Positions 29,311 through 39,030 of a stretch of 64,000 nt of DNA are shown here, piece by piece. The notes under the pieces are model-generated. The model was not told the DNA's origin. It ran no database searches and saw only the letters and a program-made list of their open reading frames with translations. The DNA is from an uncultured Chloroflexia bacterium (GTDB lineage: Bacteria > Chloroflexota > Limnocylindria > Limnocylindrales > CSP1-4): assembly GCA_963826225.1 (NCBI GenBank), contig CAWGWF010000001.1, forward strand, positions 2,483,023-2,547,022, written 5' to 3'. Positions within the stretch are counted from its first letter, which is position 1. Each line of letters begins with the position of its first letter. A program made the translations under genes and the position numbers.

Positions 29311-30801
29311 TCAGGCCATGCCGTTGAGCTCGCCGTCGGCGGCCGCGAGGATCCGGGTCAGCTCCGCGGCCACCGCGTCGTCCAGCGGCTCCGGGTGATG
29401 GTTCGCGCGGATCGCCGCAACGCGCTCCCGGGCCACCTCGTGCGGGTCGCGATACCGGCCGTGGCCCACCATCTCGTGGGTGAGGGCGCGCTTCATCGCC
29501 GTCCGCATGTGCGTGCGGGTGTGCTCCTCGGCCAGGAAGTGGCCGCCCGGCCCGACGGCGGCGATCACGTCCAGGGCCAGCGTCTCGTCGTCCACGGGCA
29601 TGGCCATCAGCGCGTGACGCGCCCGCTGGTACAGGTCGTGGTCGAGCAGGATCGCCTCCGGGTAGAGCAGCGTGTAGGTCCGGTCGAGGCCGAGACCGGT
29701 CACGATCTCCGCGCCCGACAGGCCGCCCTGGAACGGGTCGAGCGCGACCTCCGCGGCGGACTGCCAGGTGCCCGGCGCCGCCGAATCGGTGCCGAAGCAG
29801 CCGGCCAGCGCCGGCAGGCCCCAGTGGTGGGCCATCTCCACCGGCGCGTACCGGCCCCGCCCGTCGAGCGGGTAGCCCACGTACGTCCCCGTGCGGGGAT
29901 CCGCCCAGGCCTTGAGGATCGAGTGGAACATGGGCGCGCCCGGGTACGCCAGCTGGAGCAGCACGACCGCGGAGATCACCTCCGCGTCGCCCAGCGCCAG
30001 CGCCCCGGCGGAGGTGGCCGGCGCCGTCGTGCCCAGGGTCGGCATCGACATGATGCCCACCGGGATGCCGGCCTCGGCCAGGACCAGCGCCGCCTCCAGG
30101 GCTGCGTGGTCCTGCGCGAGCGGCGCGACCGAGCACAGGAGATTGGACAGCATCGGCCGGGCCTTGAGCGCCGCGCGGCTGCCGGCGAGCACGGTCGCCA
30201 TCTCCACCGCGTATCGCGCGGCCGCCTCGCCCTGGACCATCCCCTGGAAGTGCTTGACCGTGTTGTTGTACGCGGCGTCGATCTCGTGGAGCTGCGAGGT
30301 CTGGCCCATGTCCTGGGCGCTCACGGTCGGCCACATGAAGCCGATCGCGGGCAGGGCGTCGCAGATCCGCGCCATCCGCGCCACGTCCTCCTTGCGGGAC
30401 GAACGCTCCAGGCCCGTGTCCGGATCGATCACGGCCACCCCGCAGCCGTCGGTCGTGAAGTAGGAGGTGCCCTCCTGCAGCACGAGGTCGAAGGCCGGGT
30501 TCCGGGCGGCCATGGTGTACGAGCGGGGCGCCTTCGCCACGGCGGCCATCACCAGGTCCCGCGGGAACTTCACGATCTGCGTGGCGGCATCGACGTCGCA
30601 GCCGTGGTCGCCCAGGATCTCCAGGGAACGCTCGTTGGGGAACTTCACCCCCACCGTCTCGAGGATGTGGAGCGTCGCGTCCTGGAGCCGGTCCAGCTGC
30701 TCGTCGTCCAGGAACTGGACGCGCCGGTTGCTGACGATCGGCTCCAGCGGCGGCGTGGGGCTGAAGGTCGCGGTCCCGGTGGCGGGTTCGGTCGTCGTCA
30801 T
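29311..30801 (-). CDS. MttB-superfamily methyltransferase, paralog 3
   Basis: 496 aa from ATG 30801 (GGAG RBS). LCSVAPLAQDHAALE, IMSMPTLGTTAPAT, AVGPGGHFLAEEHT. Confidence 0.85.
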   Translation of the reverse strand: MTTTEPATGTATFSPTPPLEPIVSNRRVQFLDDEQLDRLQDATLHILETVGVKFPNERSLEILGDHGCDVDAATQIVKFPRDLVMAAVAKAPRSYTMAARNPAFDLVLQEGTSYFTTDGCGVAVIDPDTGLERSSRKEDVARMARICDALPAIGFMWPTVSAQDMGQTSQLHEIDAAYNNTVKHFQGMVQGEAAARYAVEMATVLAGSRAALKARPMLSNLLCSVAPLAQDHAALEAALVLAEAGIPVGIMSMPTLGTTAPATSAGALALGDAEVISAVVLLQLAYPGAPMFHSILKAWADPRTGTYVGYPLDGRGRYAPVEMAHHWGLPALAGCFGTDSAAPGTWQSAAEVALDPFQGGLSGAEIVTGLGLDRTYTLLYPEAILLDHDLYQRARHALMAMPVDDETLALDVIAAVGPGGHFLAEEHTRTHMRTAMKRALTHEMVGHGRYRDPHEVARERVAAIRANHHPEPLDDAVAAELTRILAAADGELNGMA

Positions 30802-30820
30802 CGCCCTGGCTCCTTCGTTC

Positions 30821-32320
30821 CTACCGTGTCCCCGCCGGCGCCGCGGTGCGCTGAAGCTCATCGTCGGCCGTGGCGACGATCCGTTCCAGCTCCCGCAGGC
30901 GCGCCGGCTCGAGCGCCGCGGGGTGATGGGTGGCGAGGATCCGGCTCACCTCGTCGCGGGCGGCATCGACGGCGTCGCGCGTCGACCCGTCCGGCGCCGG
31001 CTGCCCGGTGAGCCCCGAGAACTCCAGGCGGCGCAGCCCGTCACGGGTGTGCTGCTCGTACAGGAAATGGGCACGCGGCCCCACCCGGCGCACGACGTCC
31101 AGCGCGAGCGCCTCGGCACTCGTGTCCAGCCCGGCGAGGTTCGCCCGGACGCGCTCGTGGAGATCTGCGTCGAGGACGATCTGCTCCGGATAGCACAGCA
31201 TGCAGGAGGCGAGGAGGCCCATGCCGCTGCCCGTCTCCGCCCCGAGCAGCGCAGCCAGGGTGAGGGACACGGCGGCCTCGGAGGCAGCCTGCCAGCCGGG
31301 CGCCGGGGCGTCGGTCCCGAACACGCCGGCGAGCGTCGGGATCCCCCAGTGGTGCGCGATCTCGACCCCGGCCGCGTATGCGATGTCGCCGTCCCGGCTG
31401 GTGGCGAGGTAGCCCCCGGTGCGGGGGTCCATCACGCCCGTCATGAGGGAGTGGAACACCGGCGCGCCGGGCACCTCCAGCTGGACGAGCGCGAGCGCCG
31501 CGATCACCTCGGCGTCGGCCAGCGCGAGCGTGCCCGCGATCGTGGCCGGCGCCGTCGACCCGGTCGTCGCCATGGACATGAACCCGACCGGGACGCCGGC
31601 CTCCGCAAGGACGAGGGCGCCCTCCATCGCCTCCCCGTCCTGGGCCAGCGGCGCGATCGTGCACACCAGCGCCGACAGCGGCGGGCGGCTCCGCATCGTG
31701 AGCTCGTCGCCTGCGATCACCCGGGCCATGTCCACCGCCGCGCGGGCCGCCGACGCGCCGATGACCGTCTCGGTCTGGACGTGCTTCACGGTGTTGGCGT
31801 ACGAGGCGAGCAGCTCGTGGAGCGGCGCCGTCGCCCGGTGGTCGCCCGCCGTCAGCATCGGCCAGTAGAAGCCGATCGAGGGGAGCGCGTCGGCGACCCG
31901 CGCCATGGTGCCCGTGTCCGCCGCCACGGATGGACGCCGCTGCCGGGTCACGGGATCGATCATCTCGATCCCGGAGCCATCCGTGGCGCAGTAGAACGCC
32001 GTCCCGTCCAGCACCACGTCGTGGGCCGCGGATCGGGCACCCATGGTGTAGAAGCGGGGGGCGCCGGCCATCGCGGACAGCACCAGGTCCGGCGCCAGGC
32101 GCACGATCCCGGTCGCCTCGTCCACGCGGGCGCCGTGCGCTGCGTACCGTGTACGCACGGCAGCCGACGGGCAGTGAACGCCCACCTCGTCGAGGATCGT
32201 GAGCGCGGCTGCCCGCAGGTCCGCCAGCTGTCCGTCGTCCAGGACGCGCAGCCGATAGGCGGGCCTGATCGGGCGCAGGGGCGGCGTCACCGACGCGCCG
32301 TCGCCCACGATCGGCGGCAT
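30821..32320 (-). CDS. MttB-superfamily methyltransferase, paralog 4
   Basis: 499 aa from ATG 32320 (MPPIVGDGASV...). VCTIAPLAQDGEAME, FMSMATTGSTAPAT, RVGPRAHFLYEQHT. ORF-track extension to 33025 rejected. Confidence 0.85.
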   Translation of the reverse strand: MPPIVGDGASVTPPLRPIRPAYRLRVLDDGQLADLRAAALTILDEVGVHCPSAAVRTRYAAHGARVDEATGIVRLAPDLVLSAMAGAPRFYTMGARSAAHDVVLDGTAFYCATDGSGIEMIDPVTRQRRPSVAADTGTMARVADALPSIGFYWPMLTAGDHRATAPLHELLASYANTVKHVQTETVIGASAARAAVDMARVIAGDELTMRSRPPLSALVCTIAPLAQDGEAMEGALVLAEAGVPVGFMSMATTGSTAPATIAGTLALADAEVIAALALVQLEVPGAPVFHSLMTGVMDPRTGGYLATSRDGDIAYAAGVEIAHHWGIPTLAGVFGTDAPAPGWQAASEAAVSLTLAALLGAETGSGMGLLASCMLCYPEQIVLDADLHERVRANLAGLDTSAEALALDVVRRVGPRAHFLYEQHTRDGLRRLEFSGLTGQPAPDGSTRDAVDAARDEVSRILATHHPAALEPARLRELERIVATADDELQRTAAPAGTR

Positions 32321-32325
32321 CCCGG

Positions 32326-33165
32326 TCACATCGTGCCTCCGGGTGCAGTCGCCGCCGGCGATGGTGCGGCGTCCCGGAGCTGCCTGGCGCGCCGGGCGCT
32401 CACCCGCATCGCGACCAGGATCGCGATCGCCGTGCCGCCCACCACCAGCGTCGAGATGGCGTTGATCTCGGGCGTGACGCCGAACCGGATCCGGGAGTAG
32501 ATGTAGAGCGGCAGGGTGGACGACCCCACCCCGGCGTTGAACGACGTGATGATCAGGTCGTCGAACGACAGGGCGAAGCTGATCAGGGCGCCGGCGGCGA
32601 TCGCCGGCCCCAGGAGCGGCAGGGTCACGTAGCGGAGCGTCTCGCGCGGCGTGGCGCCCAGGTCCCGGGCGGCCTCCTCCATCCGCGGGTCCAGCGACAC
32701 CGCCCGTGCCCGGACGATGATCGCCACGTACGAGATCGAGAACGCGATGTGGGCGACGGCGATCTGGAGCATCGACCCGTTGGCGCCCATCAGCAGCGCG
32801 AAGAACAGCAGCAGGCTGATGCCGGTGACCACCTCGGGCGTCACCATCGGCAGCAGGATCAGCGTGTCCGCGGCGCCGGCGGCCCGGCTGGACCGGATGC
32901 GGGCGAGGCCCAGGCCCAGCAGCGTGCCCAGCATGGTCGTGACGATCACCGAGACGAAGGCGACCTGGAGGGTGACGCCCAGCGCGGACAGGAGCGCGTC
33001 GTTCCCGAACAGCTCCGGGTACCACTTGAGCGTGAAGCCGCGCCAGGCGAAGTTGCGCTTCGAATCATTGAACGAGAACAGGATGAGGATGACGATCGGC
33101 GCGAACAGGAACGTGTACACCGCGTACGCGAAGCCGGTCAGGATCGGGTTCCGGTCCCGCCACAT
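32326..33165 (-). CDS. ABC transporter permease, PotC/PotI-like (polyamine/opine-type importer family)
   Basis: 279 aa, six TMS, EAA-like loop DLGATPRETLRYVTLPLLGPAI. Confidence 0.8.
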   Translation of the reverse strand: MWRDRNPILTGFAYAVYTFLFAPIVILILFSFNDSKRNFAWRGFTLKWYPELFGNDALLSALGVTLQVAFVSVIVTTMLGTLLGLGLARIRSSRAAGAADTLILLPMVTPEVVTGISLLLFFALLMGANGSMLQIAVAHIAFSISYVAIIVRARAVSLDPRMEEAARDLGATPRETLRYVTLPLLGPAIAAGALISFALSFDDLIITSFNAGVGSSTLPLYIYSRIRFGVTPEINAISTLVVGGTAIAILVAMRVSARRARQLRDAAPSPAATAPGGTM

Positions 33166-34010
33166 CAGCCGATCACCTCCCGGCGCAGGAAGCGCAGCCC
33201 GGCCAGCGTCCCGGCGATCGTGACCACGATCAGCAGGAACCCGAGTGCCGCCCCGTACGGCCAGTCACGGGCCGACATGAACAGCGTCTGGACGATCTTG
33301 GCGATGGTGGTCGTCTGGGCGCCGCCGAGCAGATCGGGCGTCACGAAGTCCCCGATCGAGGGGATGAACACCAGGATCGCCGCCGCGATGATGCCCGGCA
33401 TCGTGAGCGGCAGCGTGACGTGGAAGAACGCTGCGCGACCGCTGGCGTAGAGGTCCCGGGCGGCGTGGACGAGGGCGGGATCCACGCGGTCGATGGATAC
33501 GTAGAGGGGCAGGATCGCGAACGGCAGGAACCCGTAGGTCATGCCCATGATCACGGCGAAGTCCGTGTTGAGCAGCTGGATCGGCTCCGCCATGCCGAGG
33601 GTCGCCAGCACGCTGTTCACGACCCCGTTGTCACGCAGGATGATCATCCAGGCATAGGTCCGGATCACGAAGCTGGTCCAGAACGGGAGCATGACCAGGA
33701 CGATCAGCAGCGCCTTGTGGCGTCCGCCGTAGCGGCTGATCCAGTACGCCACCGGGTACGCGACGAGAATCGCGAACACCGTGGTCGCCGTCGCGTACTT
33801 GAGCGAGTTGCCGACCGTCGGCAGGAAGTCGGGCTCCAGGGCTCGCCGGTAGTTGTGGAGCCCGAACCCCTCGAACAGGACACCGCCGAACTGGTCGCGG
33901 GTGGCCAGGCTGACCACGAAGATGACGGCCAGCGGGGCGAGGAAGAAGACGAGCAGCCACGAGAGGCCCGGCGCGAACAGGGCTGCGTCGCGAAACCGGC
34001 GTCCGCCCAC
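33165..34010 (-). CDS. ABC transporter permease, PotB/PotH-like
   Basis: 281 aa, six TMS, EAA loop AARDLYASGRAAFFHVTLPLTMPGI. Confidence 0.8.
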   Translation of the reverse strand: MGGRRFRDAALFAPGLSWLLVFFLAPLAVIFVVSLATRDQFGGVLFEGFGLHNYRRALEPDFLPTVGNSLKYATATTVFAILVAYPVAYWISRYGGRHKALLIVLVMLPFWTSFVIRTYAWMIILRDNGVVNSVLATLGMAEPIQLLNTDFAVIMGMTYGFLPFAILPLYVSIDRVDPALVHAARDLYASGRAAFFHVTLPLTMPGIIAAAILVFIPSIGDFVTPDLLGGAQTTTIAKIVQTLFMSARDWPYGAALGFLLIVVTIAGTLAGLRFLRREVIG

Positions 34011-34055
34011 GACGTTGCGATCGGCGGTGAGGTGGCTGCTCGTCGATGCCCGGGG

Positions 34056-35240
34056 TCAGCCGCCTGCCCGCAGCTTCGTCCAGCGGTCCGAGTACTTCTG
34101 CTCGTCCGGCCCGAGGTCCAGGATCTCCTGGAGCTTCTCGACCAGGGCCTGGTCCGGGTTCACCGTGGGATCCGCCAGGATCTCCGGGTCGATGTATGCC
34201 TTGGCGGCCTCGTTGGGCCCCATGTACCCGATGTAGTTGGTGTTGTCGGCCGCGACCTGCGGGTCGAGCATGTAGTTGATGAACGCGTGGGCCGCGATCG
34301 GGTGCTGGGCGCCCTGGAGCAGGACCATCGTGTCCGAGCCGCGGATCCCGCCCTCCTCGGGGATGTAGTAGACGACCGTGTCCCGCTCCTCCTGGACCTG
34401 GTAGACGTCCGCGCCCCAGGCGTGCATCAGCCACACGTCGCCGGTTGACAGCACGCCGATGTCGTCGGTCGTGTACGTGCGCAGCAGCGGCTTCTGCTTC
34501 TCGAGCAGGGCCAGCGCCTCGTCCAGCTCCGTGTCGCTGGTCGTGTTGGCGCTGTACCCGAGCCTGATGAGCGCCGCAGCGAAGACCTCGCGCATGTCGT
34601 CGAGCATCGCCATCTTGCCGGACCACTGCGGATCCCAGAGCGGCTCCCAGGAGGTCAGCTCCCCCTCGATCTTCGCGGTGTCGTAGGCGACCCCCGTGGT
34701 CCACCACATGTACGGCATCGAGTGGGCGTTGCCCGGGTCGTAGCCGGGGTCCTGCCACTCGGCGCCCAGGTTGACCTTGTTCGGGATCAGGCTCAGGTCG
34801 AGGGGCTGGATGAGGTTCCGATCCACGTAGCCCTTGATGTAGGTCGAGGTGGGGAACGTCACGTCGTAGCCGCTGTTGCCGGCGTTGATCTTGGCGTTCA
34901 TGGTCTCGGCGCTGTCGAAGAAGTCGTAGGTGACCTTGACCCCGGTCGCTTCCTCGAACTTCGCGATCGTTTCCTCGCCGATGTAGTCGGCCCAGTTGTA
35001 GACGTACAGCTGGCCCTCCGGCTCGGGGACCGGGGTGGGCTCGGCGGTGGGCTCGGCGGAGGGCTCGGCGGATGCGCCGGGCGTGGCAGGGGCCGCGGTC
35101 GGGGCGGCGGCGGACGGGGAGGCGGCGCCCCCGGAGCACGCGGCGAGGGCCGTCGCCGCGCCCGCGCCGGCCATTCCCTGCAGCATCCGCCGCCGGCTGA
35201 TCGGTCGCCGGGGCACCCAGATGCGCTCGATGTCACTCAC
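34056..35240 (-). CDS. ABC transporter periplasmic substrate-binding lipoprotein, PotD/PotF family
   Basis: 394 aa. Tat/lipoprotein signal RRRMLQGMAGAGAATALAACSG. LYVYNWADYIGEETIAKFEEATGVKVTYDFF is a PotD/PotF-type N-terminal signature. Confidence 0.8.
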   Translation of the reverse strand: MSDIERIWVPRRPISRRRMLQGMAGAGAATALAACSGGAASPSAAAPTAAPATPGASAEPSAEPTAEPTPVPEPEGQLYVYNWADYIGEETIAKFEEATGVKVTYDFFDSAETMNAKINAGNSGYDVTFPTSTYIKGYVDRNLIQPLDLSLIPNKVNLGAEWQDPGYDPGNAHSMPYMWWTTGVAYDTAKIEGELTSWEPLWDPQWSGKMAMLDDMREVFAAALIRLGYSANTTSDTELDEALALLEKQKPLLRTYTTDDIGVLSTGDVWLMHAWGADVYQVQEERDTVVYYIPEEGGIRGSDTMVLLQGAQHPIAAHAFINYMLDPQVAADNTNYIGYMGPNEAAKAYIDPEILADPTVNPDQALVEKLQEILDLGPDEQKYSDRWTKLRAGG

Positions 35241-36439
35241 GGTCGTTCCTCCTCTTGCGCGTGCGCCTCCACGGCGCGCTCCAGGACCAGCACGTCCGAC
35301 GGATTCCAGTCCAGCCGTACCCGGTCACCGGGCGCCGGCCGCTCAACGGTCCTTGGCACGACGGCCGTCAGCACCAGACCACCGTCGGTCCGGACCTGGT
35401 GGCTGACGGATGTGCCCAGATAGGCGCTCTGCAGCAGATGGCCCCGGAGCACCGGCCTCGGGTCGGCGGCGGCCGCGGCCTCGCCGTCCCGTGCCAGGCG
35501 CATCGCCTCCGGGCGGATCGCAAGCTCGACGGCCGCTCCCACGGCCGGTGCCGCCGCGGCCGTCCGATCGTCGGCCGACGCCGCCGCGGCCAGGCAGCGC
35601 TCCCCGCCGTCCAGGCGCACCACCAGCTCGCCGGCCGCCATGGACTCGATCACGCCCGCGAGCAGGTTGGTGGTGCCGATGAAGTCGGCGACGAAGCGGG
35701 TGGCCGGCCGGTCGTAGAGCTCCTCGGGGGCGCCCAGCTGCTCCACGTGGCCGCCGCGCATCACGGCGATCCGGTCGGACAGCGCCAGCGCCTCCTCCTG
35801 GTCGTGGGTGACGTACACGAAGGTGATCCCGACCTCCAGCTGGACGCGCTTGAGCTCCACCTGGAGCTGGCGGCGCAGCTTGAGGTCCAGCGCCCCGAGC
35901 GGCTCGTCGAGCAGCAGCACCGTGGGCTCGCACACGAGCGCGCGGGCCAGCGCGACCCGCTGCTGCTGGCCACCGGACAGCTGCTCCGGGCGCCGCTTGT
36001 CGTAGCCCGGCAGGTGGACCAGGTCGAGCGCCGCCCCGACGCGGCGCCTGATGTCCGCGTCCTGGGTCTTGCGGCGGCGGAGCCCGAAGGCGACGTTCTC
36101 GAACACGGTCAGGTGGGGGAACAGCGCGTAGCTCTGGAACACCATGTTCACCGGCCGGCGCTCCGGGGGCTCGTCGGTGATGTCCCGGCCCAGGAGCTCG
36201 ATGCGGCCGCTGGTGGGGTACTCGAAGCCCCCGATCATCCGCAGGGTCGTCGTCTTGCCGCAGCCGGACGGGCCGAGCAGCGAGAAGAACTCGCCGCTCT
36301 GGATGTCGAGCGACACGCCGTCCACCGCGGTGACATCCGCGAAGCGCTTGGTGAGGTCGACGAGGCGCAGCTCGACGCCGCCAGCGACGGGGCTCGTCAC
36401 CGGGGTCCTCGCCTGCGAGCCGTGGACCGAACCATGCAC
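35237..36439 (-). CDS. ABC transporter ATP-binding protein, PotA-like with C-terminal TOBE-like domain
   Basis: Walker A LLGPSGCGKTT, signature LSGGQQQRVALARAL, Walker B LLLDEPLGALD, H-loop VTHDQ. Confidence 0.85.
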   Translation of the reverse strand: MHGSVHGSQARTPVTSPVAGGVELRLVDLTKRFADVTAVDGVSLDIQSGEFFSLLGPSGCGKTTTLRMIGGFEYPTSGRIELLGRDITDEPPERRPVNMVFQSYALFPHLTVFENVAFGLRRRKTQDADIRRRVGAALDLVHLPGYDKRRPEQLSGGQQQRVALARALVCEPTVLLLDEPLGALDLKLRRQLQVELKRVQLEVGITFVYVTHDQEEALALSDRIAVMRGGHVEQLGAPEELYDRPATRFVADFIGTTNLLAGVIESMAAGELVVRLDGGERCLAAAASADDRTAAAAPAVGAAVELAIRPEAMRLARDGEAAAAADPRPVLRGHLLQSAYLGTSVSHQVRTDGGLVLTAVVPRTVERPAPGDRVRLDWNPSDVLVLERAVEAHAQEEERP

Positions 36440-36799
36440 ACGCCTCCCGTGCGTCTTCGACCGGCGCGCGACAACGAAGCGACGGTCGATGACCCATCCG
36501 CTCCGTCGAGTCTCCCGTGGCCGTCAAGCGGCAAACAAGGGCCGTTCGGTCCCCCACCTGAGCCGCCTCGGCCCGGGCGACCGGAGCGGCGCTGCGGCAG
36601 CCACGGCGCCCCGGACGAGGGCATCGCGTGGCCGCGACGGCGTGGCCGGCGGGCGTCGCCCCGACCGCGACCGCGTCGCCGGACGAGGGCCTCGCGTCGC
36701 GGTGATGCCGCAGCCGGCGTGGCGTCGCCCCGGCCTCCCGGGCGGTTGCACGGACCCGTACACTCTCACGATCGGACCCTCCGCACGGCGAGGTAGCAC

Positions 36800-38722
36800 A
36801 TGCCGAAGGAGTACGTCCGCCTGACCACGCCGCTCGTGCGCGACGGCGACCGCCGCTCCGGGGCGCCTCTCCGCCCAGCCAGCTGGGACGAGGCGCTGCA
36901 GAGGACGGTCGACGGGCTCCGGGCGGCAGGCGAGGCGCACGGCTCCCGGACGTACGGGATCTTCAGCTGCAGCCGCTCCACCAACGAGGTGAACTTCGCG
37001 GCCGGCAAGTTCTCCCGGGTCGTCCTGGGCAGCAACAACATCGACAGCTGCAACCGCACCTGACACGCCCCCTCTGTCGCCGGTCTGGCGACCGTGTTCG
37101 GCGCTGGCGGGTGCACCAGCTCATACCGTGAGATCGAGGAGACGGACGTCATCCTCCTGTGGGGCAGCAACGCCCGGGAGACGCATCCGATCTTCTTCCA
37201 CCACCTCCTGAAGGGGGTCCGCAACGGTGCCCGGCTGTACGCCGTGGACCCGCGGCGCACCTCGTCCGCGGAGTGGGCCGACCTGTGGCTGGGCCTGGAC
37301 GTCGGGACGGACATCGTGATGGCCAACGCGATGGGCCGCGAGATCATCGCCGCCGGGCTGGCCGACGAGGAGTTCATTCACCGGGCCACGACCGGCTTCG
37401 AGGCCTACAAGGCGACGGTGGAGCCCTACACGCTGGAGCGCGCGCAGCGCGAGACCGGCGTCCCGGCCGATGCGATCCGCGAGGCGGCGCACGCGTACGC
37501 CACCGCCAACCGGGCCATGATCTGCTGGACGCTGGGCATCACGGAGCACCACAACGCGGTGGACAACGTGCTGGCGCTCATCAACCTGTCGCTGCTGACG
37601 GGGCACGTGGGCAAATGGGGCAGCGGCCTCAACCCGCTCCGGGGCCAGAACAACGTCCAGGGTGGCGGCGACAGCGGCGCGCTGCCGGACCGGCTGCCGG
37701 GCTTCCAGCACGTGGAGAACGACGAGATCCGCGCCCGCTTCGACAAGGCGTGGGGCGTCACGGTCCCGCCCCGCCGCGGATGGAACCTCACGGCGATGTA
37801 CGACGCGATGGAGCGCGGGGACCTCACGGCCCTCTACTGCATCGGCGAGAACCCGGTCCAGTCCGAGGCGGACGGGCATCGCGTGCGGCGTCTGCTCGAG
37901 GGACTCGAGTTCATGGCCGTCCAGGACATCTTCCTGACCGCCACCGCCGAGCTGGCGGACGTGGTCCTCCCGGCCGCGGCCGCTTGGGCCGAGACCGACG
38001 GCACGGTCACCAACTCCGAGCGGCGCGTTCAGCGCGTGCGCAAGGCGCTGGATCCGCCGGGCGATGCCCGCGACGACCTGTGGATCATCTTCGAGCTGGC
38101 GCGCCGGATGGGCCACGACTGGGGCGAGGCCTCCGCCGAGGCCGCCTGGAACGAGTTCCGGACGCTCTCGCCCGCGCACACCGGGATGAGCTACGCGCGG
38201 CTCGAGGCCGAGGACGGGCTCCAGTGGCCGTGCTACGACGAGACCCACCCCGGCGAGCCGTTCCTCCACTCGCGGCTGTGGGCGAACCCCGTGCCCGGCA
38301 ACCGGGCGCCGTTCGTGCCCGTTGAGCACGACCCGCCGGTGGAGGCGCTGGACGACGAGTTCCCGATGCGTCTCACCACGGGCCGCCACCTGGACTCGTA
38401 CAACACGGGCGTCCAGTCCGGTCCGCTGCGATACCCGAAGCGTCGCCGCGAGGCGATCGACCTGTGCCCGGAGGATCTGCTCCGGATGGGCCTGGCCGAG
38501 GGTGACATGGTGCGGATCGTGTCCCGCCGCGGTGCCGTCGAGGCACCCGTGCGGGTGGATCGCTCGCTGCGTCCCGGCCTCGCGTTCATGACCCTGCACA
38601 GCCCGGACGAGGTGGACGTCAACGTCCTGACGATCGACGCCACGGACTGGAAGTCCGGCACGGCCGAGTTCAAGGCCGCAGCGGTCCGCATCGAGAAGCT
38701 CGGCGCGCCGGTCGCGGGGTAG
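36800..38722 (+). CDS. formate-dehydrogenase-like molybdopterin (bis-MGD) oxidoreductase catalytic subunit, selenoprotein (TGA 37061..37063 read as Sec), lacking the N-terminal Fe-S domain
   Basis: ORFs 36800..37063 and 37094..38722 are in one frame across a single TGA. The context SNNIDSCNRT-U-HAPSVAGL matches the E. coli FdhF Sec140 context SNNVDCCARV-U-HGPSVAGL. Full FdhF-like MopB and C-terminal MGD domains follow. The protein starts at the position equivalent to FdhF residue ~60 (no CxxCxxC cluster). Confidence 0.8.
37064..37096 (+). other. SECIS-like mRNA hairpin immediately 3' of the Sec UGA
   Basis: CACGCCCCCUCU-GUCGCC-GGUCU-GGCGAC: 6-bp stem with GGUCU apical loop starting 13 nt after UGA. 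Resembles the E. coli fdhF SECIS (GCA-GGUCU-GCA apex). Confidence 0.55.
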
Positions 38723-38830
38723 CCGCCGGCCGGGCCGCGCGGCGGGCGCCCCCGCCTCGCCCGCGCCTCGCCCGCGCCTCGCCCGCGCCCCCGCCTCGCC
38801 GAACCGAACCCTGACCCGCAGGATTTCACT

Positions 38831-38854
38831 CGCAGTGAACATCCGCTCGTCACC
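38831..38854. promoter_or_regulatory. palindromic operator-like box 1: GGAT-TTCACT-cgc-AGTGAA-CATCC
   Basis: Read directly. Second copy at 39009..39030 overlaps the start of the XRE-family gene. A CCACGGAC-N12-GTCCGTGG hairpin (38863..38890) lies between them. Confidence 0.4.
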
Positions 38855-39008
38855 ACGGACGGTTCACGCCATGTCCGTGGCTCCCGGCGAGCCCAAGCAC
38901 CCGTAGACGCCCCGAACCAGTCGGGATCGCATCTCCGGTGGGCCGAGACCGGGGTTCCGCAAGGCACGCGAGCCGCGCAAGCCCCGGGTGAGCCCCCCGG
39001 TGTTCACT

Positions 39009-39030
39009 GTGAGTGAAATGTCGCCGGTTC
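39009..39030. promoter_or_regulatory. palindromic operator-like box 2: GTG-TTCACT-gtg-AGTGAA-ATG (ends in the start codon of the XRE gene)
   Basis: Same TTCACT-N3-AGTGAA core as box 1, 178 bp downstream. Confidence 0.4.

Noticed and set aside
37061-37063. TGA treated as a gene-breaking stop (two separate ORFs 36800..37063 and 37094..38722); likewise 48557..48559
   Set aside because: Same frame on both sides, conserved FdhF Sec-site context (C-x-R-x-U-H-x-P-S/T-V-A-G-L), SECIS-like hairpin downstream and a full sel locus in the window. Read as selenocysteine.
38761-38810. possible CRISPR array (GCGCCTCGCCC repeats)
   Set aside because: 11-bp units with no spacers, only ~3.5 copies, no cas genes. 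This is a simple tandem repeat.
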